A DNA stretch of 63,851 nt, filler included, from Octopus bimaculoides (Eukaryota), in NCBI RefSeq assembly GCF_001194135.2. It is 5 parts of 5 records of this genome, joined end to end, with 100 filler letters (N's around TTAATTAATTAA, not from the genome) between each part and the next. Parts side by side here need not be neighbours in the genome. Positions count along the whole stretch, not along the records: positions 18,663 to 43,662 come from NC_068994.1; 4 more parts are not named here. The stretch is one strand, 5' to 3'. Below the pieces are notes generated by a model that searched no databases, was not told the DNA's origin, and worked only from the letters and a program-made list of their open reading frames with translations. Position numbers and translations under genes: made by a program. Below are positions 26,256 through 39,234 of this stretch, in pieces. How positions within the stretch are numbered: the stretch's first letter is position 1; every line of letters begins with the position of its first letter.

Positions 26256-26719
26256 TCTTGGTCAGTATTTTTTGTCGATCGTCAGGAAGTGTATTCTTAC
26301 GATCATAAGGTCGTGGATTTCGTCTCTAGCAAGAGGTCAGCGCGTTGTGTCCTTGAGCAATAGTCTTCTTTTCAAATTGCTCCGGTTTACCCAGATGAAA
26401 ATGCGTACCAACCTAGCGCTTGTGCAGCCCTGGTGCTGCGTACCAGCTTAGTGCTTGTGCAGCTTTGTTTTCCACTAGTGGTCACATCCTGGATATTCCA
26501 CTGGGTCAAGAGTTGGAAGGGCTAAGGGTGTGTTTACGTCTGCTTGCGACCAGAAAAAAACAATTAGCGAAAGCTTGTTACACGTTACCAAGATATCCTT
26601 GCTTGCGAGTGACAGATAATATTTAGATCAGTAAGTGATCCTTATATCATTATATCCGTATTATCCGATTTAGATTTTGCAGCATGAAAGTGTGTTATAT
26701 TCTTCTGTTCACATTAAAG

Positions 26720-27010
26720 TGTATTGTTTACATCTAGGGAGCTCTTATCCGTTCTGGTAATATCAATCTTAATGCCTTCTATATTATAGGTAAACAAATT
26801 ATGAGTCTGTAGTTGGGGGGTTGGGTGGAGATTTGGGATTTCTCTTAGTTTTGTGGATTAAGGAGATTACCATAGCAATGGTTTCTTTTATCTCCATAAT
26901 TCTAAAAACATAGAAGACATTGGAAAAGTATTACTTGTACTTGCTGGATATCAGAATGAACTCACTGTCTCCTGGTTTTCTTACTCTTGACTTTAGATTC
27001 GGCGATATAA
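26720..27010 (-). mobile_element. Highly decayed R4/Dong-like RT fragment
   Basis: Minus strand SLIHKTK...PNYRLIICLPII*K resembles the LIPK...NYRPITCLP RT motif. Confidence 0.55.
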
Positions 27011-27289
27011 TTTGATGTAGTCTTGCTCTTACCGAAGCACTCTTTCCCTATCAACATTGTTATTCATCCCCTGACCTTATTTTTTATAGGAATCGTTGGA
27101 GCTCCGGTCAAGAGGCTTTGCAGTATTTCCGTTTCTTTACGTTCTTAGTTCAAATCCTGCTGATGTCAACTTAGTCTTTTTTAGCCTTTTGGAGACGCTA
27201 TATAAAATAACAATCAAGTGCACCACCCGGTGTACTTCACTAATTCCCTCCCTTCAAAACTACTGGCATTGTGTCAAGTACCAGTCTGG

Positions 27290-27590
27290 GCTTTCTTAAA
27301 TTGTATTGGCTCTACGGCTTTGTTCACTTTTACGGTTCCCTGCATTTTCACTGCTTCAATCATTTCTTCTTGACTCCCCTAGACATACCATGTCAGGCTA
27401 TTCTCTTCTTCACTTCCACAACCTGCACAACACACTAATCCCTGCCCTTCCTCTCCCTCTTTACAAACAATCTTGACATATCACTCTTGGGGTGTAGTTC
27501 CTTGTTCATTGTCATTAATTTACATGTTCTCTGGTTTGTCTCTTGTAATTCATGCTTCTTCCAAGATACTACTGTCCCATATCTCATCAA
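27290..27590 (-). mobile_element. R4/Dong-like post-RT fragment
   Basis: RYGTVVSWKKHELQETNQRTCKLMTMNKELHPKSDMSRLFVKR matches the family motif TRKLMTM.K.LHPKSD..RLY. Confidence 0.75.
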
Positions 27591-27593
27591 AGT

Positions 27594-27625
<32 letters not shown>

Positions 27626-27656
27626 TATCATCATCGTCATCATCACTATTATTATT

Positions 27657-27844
27657 AAGGTGTTGAGCTGGTAGGACCGTTATAGCTCCGGTCTGTATGT
27701 TTTGAGTTCAAATGCTGCCGAAGTTGATTTTGACTCTCATTCTTTCTGGTTCGTTGGAATAAGTCCAGACTTAGCGCTGTGGTCAATGTAATCGACTAAC
27801 ATCCTCCTCGCAAAATTTCAGGCCACGCGCCTATAATCGAAAGG
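27657..27844 (+). mobile_element. SINE family B, diverged
   Basis: AAGGTG..GAGCTGG...GAGTTCAAAT...GTAATCGACT...AAATTTCAGGCC. Confidence 0.7.
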
Positions 27845-28048
27845 TTGTTGTTATTGTTGTTGTTGTTGTCGTTCTTGCGAATGAAGCAAATGGCAGGGTC
27901 GGTAGAATTACTGTCAGTATGACATACAGTAATTAGTCATTTCATGTCTGGCTGAAATAAACTTTTCCTTTCTTTCTTTCTTCTTCAGGATCGATAAAAT
28001 AAGTAACATAGTCGGGAGATCGATATAATCAACTGCACTCCACCACCA

Positions 28049-28122
28049 CCTCCAGCCTTCATCAGGTGTCTTGAGGAAATTTCGAACCTGGGTTCTCATT
28101 CCTAAGGTATTTTTCGATGTTA
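28049..28122 (-). mobile_element. Inverted, truncated copy of the family 1 pLTR (5' half of hammerhead)
   Basis: Minus strand acatcgaaaaataccttaggaatgagaacccaggttcgaaatttcctcaagacacctgatgaaggctggagg, near-identical to 28486-28558. Confidence 0.85.
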
Positions 28123-28127
28123 TTATA

Positions 28128-28171
<44 letters not shown>

Positions 28172-28268
28172 CATTATTATTATTATCATCATCATGATTA
28201 TTCAGATTACTTCCTGGAATCGAACTCCGAGTTCGATTTCAGGCAGTGACCTGAATAATAATAATAAT

Positions 28269-28409
28269 GGAACACTTGCAGAAAACAGTACTGCTTGGAA
28301 CCGCTCAAATACTCCGGAAGGTGCTTGAAAAATGAGAGGTGTTACCTTAGTTCACTGGTAGCGGACAGCTGACACCATAGTGCATCTCCAGCTGTGCAAA
28401 TGATATGAC
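28269..28409 (+). mobile_element. Very short 5'-truncated R4/Dong 3' end inserted in (TAA)n
   Basis: EHLQKTVLLGTAQILRKVLEK* (stop 28333-28335) plus short UTR; (TAA)n on both sides. Confidence 0.8.
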
Positions 28410-28482
<73 letters not shown>

Positions 28483-28486
<4 letters not shown>

Positions 28487-28640
28487 CATCGAAAAATACC
28501 TTTGGAATGAGAACCCAGGTTAGAAATTTCCCCAAGACACCTGATGAAGGCTGGAGGGTATATCAGCCGAAACGTTGTGTTAACTACAAACAAGATGAGG
28601 ACAAATATCCGTCAAATGTAAATAATGTAAATAATGTATA
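28483..28640 (+). mobile_element. Penelope-type pLTR fragment, family 1, following (TAA)n
   Basis: Contains the intact hammerhead; homologous to 28049-28122 (inverted) and 51939-52070. Confidence 0.75.
28536..28581 (+). ncRNA. Minimal type I hammerhead ribozyme (Penelope pLTR type), intact core
   Basis: GACAC-CTGATGA-A-GGCTG(loop)CAGCC-GAAA-CGT-T-GTGTT: stem I ACAC/GTGT, 5-bp stem II, palindromic ACGT stem III. Predicted cleavage after U28576. Confidence 0.85.
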
Positions 28641-29685
28641 TGGTTGATATATTTGTACTCAACTCAGTAGTGATGTATAAATACCTAAACTCGTATCCAT
28701 TTTCCTGTAGGGTATAGTTTCGATTTACGGACATGTTTGTTATTAAGATTGTGCCATTCATAATGAAAAAACTGTAAGGCGCCTTAAGTGAGGTATTCTG
28801 TTATTATTTCCAGTGGATCAAACGAGCTTGAAGAGAGTCCATAGAGTACCAGTAATATGCGGTAAAACTAGCTACATCAAGCCCACTAAATATGTGGTTT
28901 TACGCCTATATTAAAAATCTTTAAACACTGTTATGTCATTGTAATCAGTCATTTATGGCTGTAAAGTGATGTCGATAATTAGAGATAGACAAACATTGCC
29001 TGATTGTGTGTTTGTGTTCGCAGTGTTTACACAGTTAATTGCTTGTCCATTTACCTTCAACAAGATCTGCCGAAAAACTGTGTATTTGTATTCGTGCGTG
29101 TATGTATGTGTGTCTGTGTTGTCTATGTGTAAGCGAGAGAGAGGGAGAGAGTATGCATAAATAAATACATTGCTGAATATATATATATATATANNNNNNN
29201 NNNNNNNNNNNNNNNNNNNNNNNNNNNNNNNNNNNNNNNNNNNNNNNNNNNNNNNNNNNNNNNNNNNNNNNNNNNNNNNNNNNNNNNNNNNNNNNNNNNN
29301 NNNNNNNNNNNNNNNNNNNNNNNNNNNNNNNNNNNNNNNNNNNNNNNNNNNNNNNNNNNNNNNNNNNNNNNNNNNNNNNNNNNNNNNNNNNNNNNNNNNN
29401 NNNNNNNNNNNNNNNNNNNNNNNNNNNNNNNNNNNNNNNNNNNNNNNNNNNNNNNNNNNNNNNNNNNNNNNNNNNNNNNNNNNNNNNNNNNNNNNNNNNN
29501 NNNNNNNNNNNNNNNNNNNNNNNNNNNNNNNNNNNNNNNNNNNNNNNNNNNNNNNNNNNNNNNNNNNNNNNNNNNNNNNNNNNNNNNNNNNNNNNNNNNN
29601 NNNNNNNNNNNNNNNNNNNNNNNNNNNNNNNNNNNNNNNNNNNNNNNNNNNNNNNNNNNNNNNNNNNNNNNNNNNNNNNNNNNNN

Positions 29686-29717
<32 letters not shown>

Positions 29718-30257
29718 AAACGAGAGAGATAGAGAGAAGGTGAAAGACAGAGAGAGAGAGAGGGGGGATGAGAGAGAAGCGTGGGCGCTGGGATGAAAAT
29801 GAAGGGGAATAATAGCATAATAAACTGAGGTCATGTAAGACGGTCGACTTGTCAGAATGACAGAAGAGCTCTTGGGCTATAAACCAGCTCATGCGTTTTG
29901 ATGTTAAACAATCTTCTGCAGATGTTTTATCATGATCTGTTTTAGTATATGCGGAACCACCAATAAACGACATGTATCAGGAGTTGATGCTTTGATCATC
30001 GCAACATTTTTTATCACATTAAATAATAAAAGGGATTTCCAGGATCCTAGAGTAACATTGGAAAAACATTGGGGGATTTTCCCCTAAAACGTGTTTTTGA
30101 CGAAAGAATTGAGCTAAGTCGATATATATACATGCAAGTGTTGCGAACAATAAACTATATATAGAAATAATAGTCGTAGTTAAGTTAATAGTAATATGTT
30201 TAATGTTGTGGATAAAGGAATGCTAACCAAACCAGAGAAAAGAAAAAAAATATGTGA

Positions 30258-30645
30258 TGGAGGTGTATCTGTATGGTAAGAATTTTGCTTCGTAATCACA
30301 TGGTTTCAAGTTCAATCCCTCAACGCGGCACCTTGAGTAAGCGTCTTCTACTAAAGATTCTGACCGATTGAAGCCTTGGGAATGGATTTGGTTAACGGAA
30401 ACTGAAAGAAGCTTGTTGTATATATATATGTGTACGCATGTTCGTTTGTTTTTGTATTTGTGTTTGTCCCCTACCATCACTGGACAACCGGTGTTGGTTT
30501 GTTTACGTCTCCCGTAAGTTAGGGATTTGGTATAAGAAACCGATAGGATAAGTACTGGGGTCGATTTGTTCGATTAAATCCTTTAAGGTGGAGCCCCAGC
30601 ATGGCCGCAGTCCAATGAATGAAACAAATAAAAGCTAAAAGATAA
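30258..30645 (+). mobile_element. SINE family A, full length, diverged
   Basis: Head and tail homology to 1615-2064. Confidence 0.82.
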
Positions 30646-31217
30646 TAAGGTAATGTTATTTTAAACGTTCTGACACACACCGGAAACAACTCTATCCGTG
30701 TTTCAGTATTATTAGACTTCCTCAGCGGGACATAGACTCTATCGTATTTGTCGAAATGGCGAGAGAATCATTAAATAAATGTACAAGATTATATATCGAT
30801 TGGAAGAATCGATAATAATTAGGTAGACAATAAAATACTTGTGGTCGCTCTCTGTATGTAAAATAATTGCTTGGTTACAAGTCAACATATTTAATGAAAG
30901 GAACATAGAAAGGTAAAAATAGGCCCACGTGAGAACCTTTAACTCTATGAGGTCACTCGAGCTACTAAAAATAGCAACCAAAACTCCCTATTACATTCTA
31001 TTGCTCCCTATTAAATATATACAACATATAACACTGGATAATGTAGTTTTATATACACTATGCTTATAAACAAGAAAACGGCTGGATTGTCTCTGATTAT
31101 GGGTCTGCTGGGTCATTTCTACTATGTGTGGGATGCAGTGTTAAAATCTCGGACGATTGGCTATAGCTGATTTTGTAGTTCTGTTAATAACTAATTTTGA
31201 AGTTTGAATATTAGGAG

Positions 31218-31600
31218 CTGTTGGCACTCCGTCGCTTACGACGTCGAGGGTTCTAGTTGATCCGATCAACAGAACAGCCTGCCCGTGAAATTAACGTGCA
31301 AGTGGCTGAGCACTCCACAGACACGTGTACCCTTAACGTAGTTCTCGAGGATATTCAGCGTGACACAGTGTGACAAGGCTGACCCTTTGAATTACAGGCA
31401 CAACAGAAACAGGAAGTAAGAGTGAGAGAAAGTTGTGGTGAAAGAGTACAGCAGGGTTCGCCACCATCCCCTGCCGGAGCCTCGTGGAGCTTTAGGTGTT
31501 TTCGCTCAATAAACACTCACAACGCCCGGTCTGGGAATCGAAACCGCAATCCTACGACCGCGAATCCGCTGCCCTAACCACTGGGCCATTGCGCCTCCAC
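31218..31600 (-). mobile_element. Young full-length tRNA-derived SINE (family D) with perfect 10-bp TSD
   Basis: 5' GTGGAGGCGCAATGGCCCAGTGGTTAGGGCAG...GGTTTCGATTCCC (A and B boxes); ATATTAGGAG at 31208-31217 and 31601-31610. Confidence 0.92.
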
Positions 31601-31698
31601 ATATTAGGAGTAACTTTACATTAAGGAGTGGAACGTACGATTTGCTATAATTCAGATTGCTTCATGGTTCCTGCAGACAAATTGGAAAAAACATTACT

Positions 31699-31929
31699 CT
31701 AGAAGATGGTGAGGGAGATGCGCTGGAACAGCCATTCTAATTCAATGGGCTTGCACTTCTGGACAGCCATCTCCGCCCCGATAACGGTGAGCAGGGATAA
31801 GGTCCAGGGACTAAGAACGTTGGAGGTCTCCACTGCCACAGGCTCCACCATAAACCTGTCAGAGAGCGGTGGTTTGCTGTTTGTGCCAAGTAAATATAAT
31901 AAAACTGATCCAAGCAGTCGATTCAGCAA
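31699..31929 (-). mobile_element. CRE-like non-LTR retrotransposon C-terminal endonuclease fragment
   Basis: DRFMVEPVAVETSNVLSPWTLSLLTVIG...ELEWLFQRISLTI resembles the F.P.AVET.G.WG......L...IG......E..WLFQR.S..I motif. Confidence 0.65.
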
Positions 31930-32163
31930 AGTTAAGTAATCAATACAACAGAGCTACGAGTAATGCATCGCTCTGTTTGGAGATCAGTCTGTTCACTCAC
32001 AACATTGTAATAGTTTATCTTACAGTACATTGTGTTGAGGGCCAACTTGCGAGTCAGTGTCACAATAAGGAAATTTTGAGATGAGGAAGGAAGGTTACGA
32101 CCATTATAAGGGATTGTAGTAGAGAGCCGATTTTGCCTGACTGGCCACATTCTCCGTCTATTC

Positions 32164-32418
32164 TAGTGATTCTCAACCGGAGTCCACATGGTCCTTGGGG
32201 TCCATATAAGATTTCGCTGTTAAAAATTATGCACAATAAATCAGTTATACTTCTACAACACACAAAATACTTTAATTTTTTTTTTAAACAATTCCTAATA
32301 ATATTTAATTATAAAAATATAATGTGATCATTTAAAAACTTCAAATGGCTATGTAAATCCAGTAGAGTAAAGTAGGAATCGAAAGGGGCCACAGGTAAAA
32401 CATAGTTGAAAACCACTG
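32164..32418. mobile_element. hAT (Charlie-like) MITE
   Basis: TIRs TAGTGATTCTCAACC / AGTTGAAAACCACTG; 8-bp TSD GTCTATTC / GTCTAGTC (7/8). Confidence 0.85.
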
Positions 32419-32439
32419 GTCTAGTCGATCAACAGCACT

Positions 32440-32645
32440 CGAAAATATATTACTCCGGGACCACCTGATGACAAGCATAAAAATGGCAGGCTAAGGATCA
32501 CTCGACAAAGCTGATATTTCAAGTTGAGCTGAAAACAGTCAACATTACGTGGAGTGGTTTGGCAAGAGTAGCAGCAGAGTGAACTGAGTGGAAGAAGCTT
32601 GCTGGCCAATGTGCTAACCAGCAAAGAGGGACTTAAAACTCAAGC
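32440..32645 (+). mobile_element. RTE-like LINE 3' fragment
   Basis: GPPDDKHKNGRLRITRQ...ELKTVNITWSGLARVAAE*TEWKKLAGQCA is typical of an RTE ORF C-terminus. Confidence 0.6.
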
Positions 32646-34037
32646 TAAAATGTGTTGTACTAACTCCTGTGTATGTGTGTTAATACAGATGATGCTGTGT
32701 AGTAAGCTGCCGCATAATCAAATGGATATGAGGTTCACCTCGCAGTCAAGGTTCTGGGTTCGATCCCATTGCGTGGAATTTTAGACTAGTGTGTTTAACC
32801 ATGGCGCGAGTCGGCTCAAGTCTTGTGTGTGAAATTGGATGCATGGAAGCTACATCGAGCTACTGAGAATAGGTCGATGGTTAAATGCGCTCAAGTTATG
32901 ACCATCAGCTCTTTGCACAGGCATCATATATTCATTGTAGTATTACTACATTATCCAATGTACACTAAGATATAGTTTTCAAGACGACAGATAATGTAAA
33001 TGGAATAAATGGTAGACTCACAGACACCAAACTCGCAGCCCACACCAGTGAAGCTTCCACTGTCATATTTTTTTGATCACTTCTTTTCCCTGCAGAGAAT
33101 ACACTCGTCTGCGTTATTTGTTAAGACCACTGGTCCTGTGTGAATGGAAGTACAGAAATCCGCATAAAAAATACACAGCCAAGCAGCACAGCCATGAAAA
33201 CACAAGCGATAGTCAATGCATTCTGGGGAGCTCTGCACTGTAGGTGGTCGCTGAGGCGATCGCTGATCCGTGTTATCACAGCTCAATCTGTGATAAGCGT
33301 AACATGGTTCACAGTTGAGTGTACCATGCTATCAATGATCATCGGTGAATGAATTACTGATCAACGAGGTTACACGTAGTGCTATCCCAGTGCTCTGATT
33401 TAGTTTCGAGTGGGAAAAACAGTGTTCATAGAGTGTTAAAGTAGTGTTCTGGAGCATTGTAGATGTTTCCGCTTGTTTGGGAACGACTGCACTTGCAGTG
33501 ACGAGAAATGTGATGGTTGGAACCTAGAGCAATTGCAAATGACACCACTCACAAGTTCAAATGAGCTTCTATTTTTAGTATTTTTGCTTTGCGTTAGGGA
33601 ACACTTGGCTGTGGTTTAAATGTATGTTGATGTAGAGTGTTTCGTATTGCTTTGCAGTTTTTAATTTGCTGAAGAGAGAGATTCAAGACCGAAAACAAAT
33701 TCTGATAGTTGCATGGTGTGTGTTTGTGAGTACGTGTGTTCTGAGTGTGTTTGATATCTATACTGTATGTATGCATATGTGTGTGTGTGTGTGTGTGCAG
33801 CGTGTGCATATGTGTAGTGGTGTGGATACATGTGCGATGTGTAAGTATGCTTATGTGTGTGTGTGTGTGTATTTATGTGGTATTTGGTGTGCGAGTGTAC
33901 ATGTGTGTGTCTGGTGAGTGTCGTGAACGTGCGCTATGTCTTTGAGATGTTTATTTTGTGAGTATGAACGTGCATTAGAGTATGAACGTGTGCGCGCGTG
34001 TGAAAGCATAGATATGTGTGTGTATGAACGTGTGGTG

Positions 34038-34073
<36 letters not shown>

Positions 34074-34655
34074 CGCATTTATGTATGTATGTATGTGCAT
34101 CGGCTAGAGAGTTGTGTGGTCAGTTAAGAGGTATGAAAGTCTCTCGCCATTGGACAGAACTCCCCTCTCCCCTCCCCGTATTCACCTCTTAACTACATTC
34201 CAGCATCGTTTCAAGTGATTCTTTTGTCGTATGATTCAGATGTATCTGTAGAAATATGTTCTCTAACATCATAAAGTTATGACTCCCCTTCAGAAAGAAA
34301 CAGAAATAGAAACATGCTTCCACTCACCCACGCAACACATACATACACACGCACACACACACACACACACACACGCATAAACACATATATAACCACATAC
34401 ACATACGTGCACAAATATACGCACATGCGGATAAACGTGTATAAATTATATTGATATAAACACATTTATATCATATACACGTGCGCGTTTTGGTAATACA
34501 GACAAACGCATATACGCATATAAAGACATACGCATATGAAGACGCATGCGCACACATACATACACGAATATGTGTTTGCATGTATGTTGAATTCATATAT
34601 CTATCAATCTATCTATCTATCTCTGTGTTGAGCCCTGTGTGGCTAATAAAGAAAC

Positions 34656-34759
<104 letters not shown>

Positions 34760-35718
34760 CTATCTGTGTGTCTGTGTCTCTGTGTGTCTGTCTGTGTGTC
34801 TGTCTGGCTATCTGACTGTCTGCCTGTATCTCTGTCTGTCTACCTGTCTTCTTATCTGCCTGTCAGTCTGTCGATTTATCTATATGTGTATGGGTACGTA
34901 CATACTATGTGTGTGTGCGTGTCTATATATGAATGCATATATATTCACGCACACACACACACACACATACAAACACACACACACGCACAAATACATAAGC
35001 ACATATCTCACACACAGTGCATACAGAAAAATACATACGCAGATACGTCTAAGCCCATAAACATAAAAAACACAAAAGTAAAGGCAAAGATAAAACCACC
35101 TACAATGACAGATAGAAACATATGAATATATCCACATACGCACATACACTCACAGATACACGCACACACTTGTATACATAGATACATACACACACACACA
35201 TACACGCATATATATATATNNNNNNNNNNNNNNNNNNNNNNNNNNNNNNNNNNNNNNNNNNNNNNNNNNNNNNNNNNNNNNNNNNNNNNNNNNNNNNNNN
35301 NNNNNNNNNNNNNNNNNNNNNNNNNNNNNNNNNNNNNNNNNNNNNNNNTGTATGTATGTATGTATGTATGTATGTATGTATGTATGAATTATGTATGTAT
35401 ATGTATGCACGCACATACAGAAACGATAAACATGTCTCAATACATACACAGACATATAACCATACACACATGAAAATAAATGCGCGCATTGAAACACATA
35501 TAGAGAAGCTCAAAAAGACACACACATATATATATATGTATACACACACGCACACGCACAGACTTGGACTCACACACATACACAAGGACTCACAAATGAT
35601 ATACGCACACACACATACGCACACACTCTCAAACACACACATACATAAATAGGATATATATACGTGTACATATATGTATGTATATATGCATAGATTTATA
35701 TCTTATTTATATTATATG

Positions 35719-35786
<68 letters not shown>

Positions 35787-36580
35787 TGTGCATATGTAAA
35801 CATATATATCAGAGGTATATATATATATATACAAATAATTAAAAACATAAACATTTATTTTAAGCAGACGCGCATATGGATAAAAGCTTCTAGACCCTCA
35901 GCCAAATATCCACACGTATAGTATTTATCTCACACATACATATACAAATGCGCACATGCGCACATAAAAGAAGATGCTCTTGCGCGTGATCAGGTATTTT
36001 GACAATGTTCATTGATTAATGAACGTGACAATAGATTCCCCACTTAAATACATTCATGTTGCGTTATAGCCATCGACATGTATGTATGTATATACATAAA
36101 ATGTGCTTGTGTATATGTGTATGTATATATATANNNNNNNNNNNNNNNNNNNNNNNNNNNNNNNNNNNNNNNNNNNNNNNNNNNNNNNNNNNNNNNNNNN
36201 NNNNNNNNNNNNNNNNNNNNNNNNNNNNNNNNNNNNNNNNNNNNNNNNNNNNNNNNNNNNNNNNNNNNNNNNNNNNNNNNNNNNNNNNNNNNNNNNNNNN
36301 NNNNNNNNNNNNNNNNNNNNNNNNNNNNNNNNNNNNNNNNNNNNNNNNNNNNNNNNNNNNNNNNNNNNNNNNNNNNNNNNNNNNNNNNNNNNNNNNNNNN
36401 NNNNNNNNNNNNNNNNNNNNNNNNNNNNNNNNNNNNNNNNNNNNNNNNNNNNNNNNNNNNNNNNNNNNNNNNNNNNNNNNNNNNNNNNNNNNNNNNNNNN
36501 NNNNNNNNNNNNNNNNNNNNNNNNNNNNNNNNNNNNNNNNNNNNNNNNNNNNNNNNNNNNNNNNNNNNNNNNNNNNNNNN

Positions 36581-36618
<38 letters not shown>

Positions 36619-36901
36619 ATATATGTGTATGATATTTATATGGATGAATCGATCGGTTATGCATTCATTGTATGTGTGCAGATATTATATATGTATATAA
36701 ATGTGTGTGTGTGTGTGTCTGTGTGTGTACTTGTGAGCGAGCGTGTCTTCGCGTGAGCGTACAGCATATGCGTCACATAATATCTATTTTGTTAATATTG
36801 CATAGGTCGATATGTATGTGTGTAATATATTAAGTATGCCGGTATCTCACTCATTCTCTTCACTCACTCTTTCCCTGTCTCTTTTTTCTCTCTGTCTTCA
36901 T

Positions 36902-36952
<51 letters not shown>

Positions 36953-37311
36953 NNNNNNNNNNNNNNNNNNNNNNNNNNNNNNNNNNNNNNNNNNNNNNNN
37001 NNNNNNNNNNNNNNNNNNNNNNNNNNNNNNNNNNNNNNNNNNNNNNNNNNNNNNNNNNNNNNNNNNNNNNNNNNNNNNNNNNNNNNNNNNNNNNNNNNNN
37101 NNNNNNNNNNNNNNNNNNNNNNNNNNNNNNNNNNNNNNNNNNNNNNNNNNNNNNNNNNNNNNNNNNNNNNNNNNNNNNNNNNNNNNNNNNNNNNNNNNNN
37201 NNNNNNNNNNNNNNNNNNNNNNNNNNNNNNNNNNNNNNNNNNNNNNNNNNNNNNNNNNNNNNNNNNNNNNNNNNNNNNNNNNNNNNNNNNNNNNNNNNNN
37301 NNNNNNNNNNN

Positions 37312-37560
37312 TTTATATATTTTTATATCCATCTATCAATCTATTTGTATGTACGAATCGTCCTATGTATCTGTATATGTATGTATATATGTATGTATGT
37401 ATGTATCTACCTATCTATCTATCTATCGATCTATCGATCTATCTATCTATATGTATATATATAAGGTAAATATATCTGTCTGTCCTTCCCGGTATTTATA
37501 ATAATTACTTTTGTTGTTGTTGTTGTTGTTGCTGTTATAATAATAATAATAATAATAATA

Positions 37561-37596
<36 letters not shown>

Positions 37597-37963
37597 TACT
37601 TTATCTCCATGGTAATTGAAAAGCGATGTACTATTTTTCTCTCAACATGTAGAAAAGTATTTCAACTACAGTTAAACCACTTTTTTTTTAATATATATAT
37701 TTCGTTTAAACAATATTTTAATTTACCTTAGTCAATATATTATCATTTTCTGAGATATCAAATAGCTTTAGTTTGATTATAAATGTTGATACATGTTTTA
37801 ATCTATGAAATTTCACGAATGATATGTTTTATTTTGTTTTGTTTGTTTGTTTTTCTCTTTATTCATTTTTGCTTTACCACGTTTGTCTTCAAAGATAAAC
37901 GTGCTTAGGTTTTATGTGATACTGCATTGTAGCCTTTCGTGTGATTCATTTGTTTTATTATTA

Positions 37964-38031
<68 letters not shown>

Positions 38032-38583
38032 TGTTAAAGATATTTCTATAAAAACAGTTACTATTTCGTCCTGTCTATCCATGCATTCATCCATTTTCCC
38101 CGGCCTCTATTCTTGGGAGGAAGGACCGCAGACGTTAGAGTGCTTAAACACATACTCTAGAGCGAACTATCAGAAGAAACCGTCGTTACACTTTGCTATT
38201 TGATTCTCAGGTATATCCAACTGAGGCTATGGCTATTACCCAACTAACTCGTTCTTAGTGTTCCTCTAGGCCTCCAGCTGGTTGGCTTGGCTCGAAGATT
38301 CCGTCTTGCGATTCTTTCCTTCGACATTGTACCGTCATGTCCGTAGTACTGGAGATATGTCTTCTCATTGCGGTGAAGCAGTGACTCGACCTGCCGTGAT
38401 ATCCCCATGCAAATACCAAGAAATAAAATGTACGAGTAAATAAAAAATTTAAAAAAAGGAACCTGTATTGCGTACTGTTGCATAAATGCCGAAATAGAGG
38501 CAATCCAACCAGATATATGTATTTATATATTTTTATATCCATCTATCAATCTATTTGTATGTACGAATCGTCCTATGTATCTG

Positions 38584-38615
<32 letters not shown>

Positions 38616-38866
38616 TGTATGTATGTATGTATCTACCTACCTATCTATCTATCTATCTATCGATCTATCTATCGATCTATCTATCGATCTATCTATCGAT
38701 CTATCTATATGTATATATATAAGGTAAATATATCTGTCTGTCCTTCCCGGTATTTATAATAATTACTTTTGTTGTTGTTGTTGTTGTTGCTGTTATAATA
38801 ATAATAATAATAATTATTATTATTATTATTATTATTATTATTTACTTTATCGCCATGGTAATTGAA
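37312..38866 (+). repeat. ~310-bp direct duplication (37312-37620 and 38522-38866)
   Basis: Same unique sequence, different microsatellite lengths, one C/G-type difference (tctccatgg vs tcgccatgg). Confidence 0.85.
38070..38430 (-). mobile_element. RTE/Expander-like LINE 3' end
   Basis: LQYYGHDGTMSKERIARRNLRAKPTSWRPRG; ends in a degenerate (ATGG)n tail. Confidence 0.6.
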
Positions 38867-38992
38867 ACATCATCGATAGAAGTTTTATTTTTAAAGATAA
38901 AGAAAACTAAATAAAATTATCGAAAAAAAAAAAAAAAAAGACAGAACTAAAAAGATGAAAAACATAGAAAGTCCGAAAAACTTTTTTTTTTC

Positions 38993-39145
38993 AGTTGGCT
39001 GTGTGGTTAAAAGTTCGCTTTGTAGCCACGTGGTTTTGGGTTCAGTCCCATTTCCCCGTACCGAAAGCGTCTTCTATTTTAGCCCCGAACCGACTAATGC
39101 CTTGTGAGTGGATTTGGTGGATTGAAACTGTGAAAACTCGGCCTA
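38993..39145 (+). mobile_element. SINE family A head
   Basis: TGGCTGTGTGGTTAAAAG...GCCTTGTGAGTGGATTTGG. Confidence 0.75.
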
Positions 39146-39234
39146 TAAATATACGAGCATGCTAAGGTGAGTGATAGGTGTTTTCGTATTTTTCACTGAT
39201 GAGTTTTAGCTACTCGTATTTCCATGTTATATTA

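Noticed and set aside
31520-31600. tRNA gene
   Set aside because: The tRNA-like head is part of a 383-bp SINE with TSDs and a second copy.
37540-37595. (TAA)n(TTA)n palindrome as a functional hairpin
   Set aside because: Simple microsatellite junction, also present in the duplicated copy near 38800; no unique sequence.
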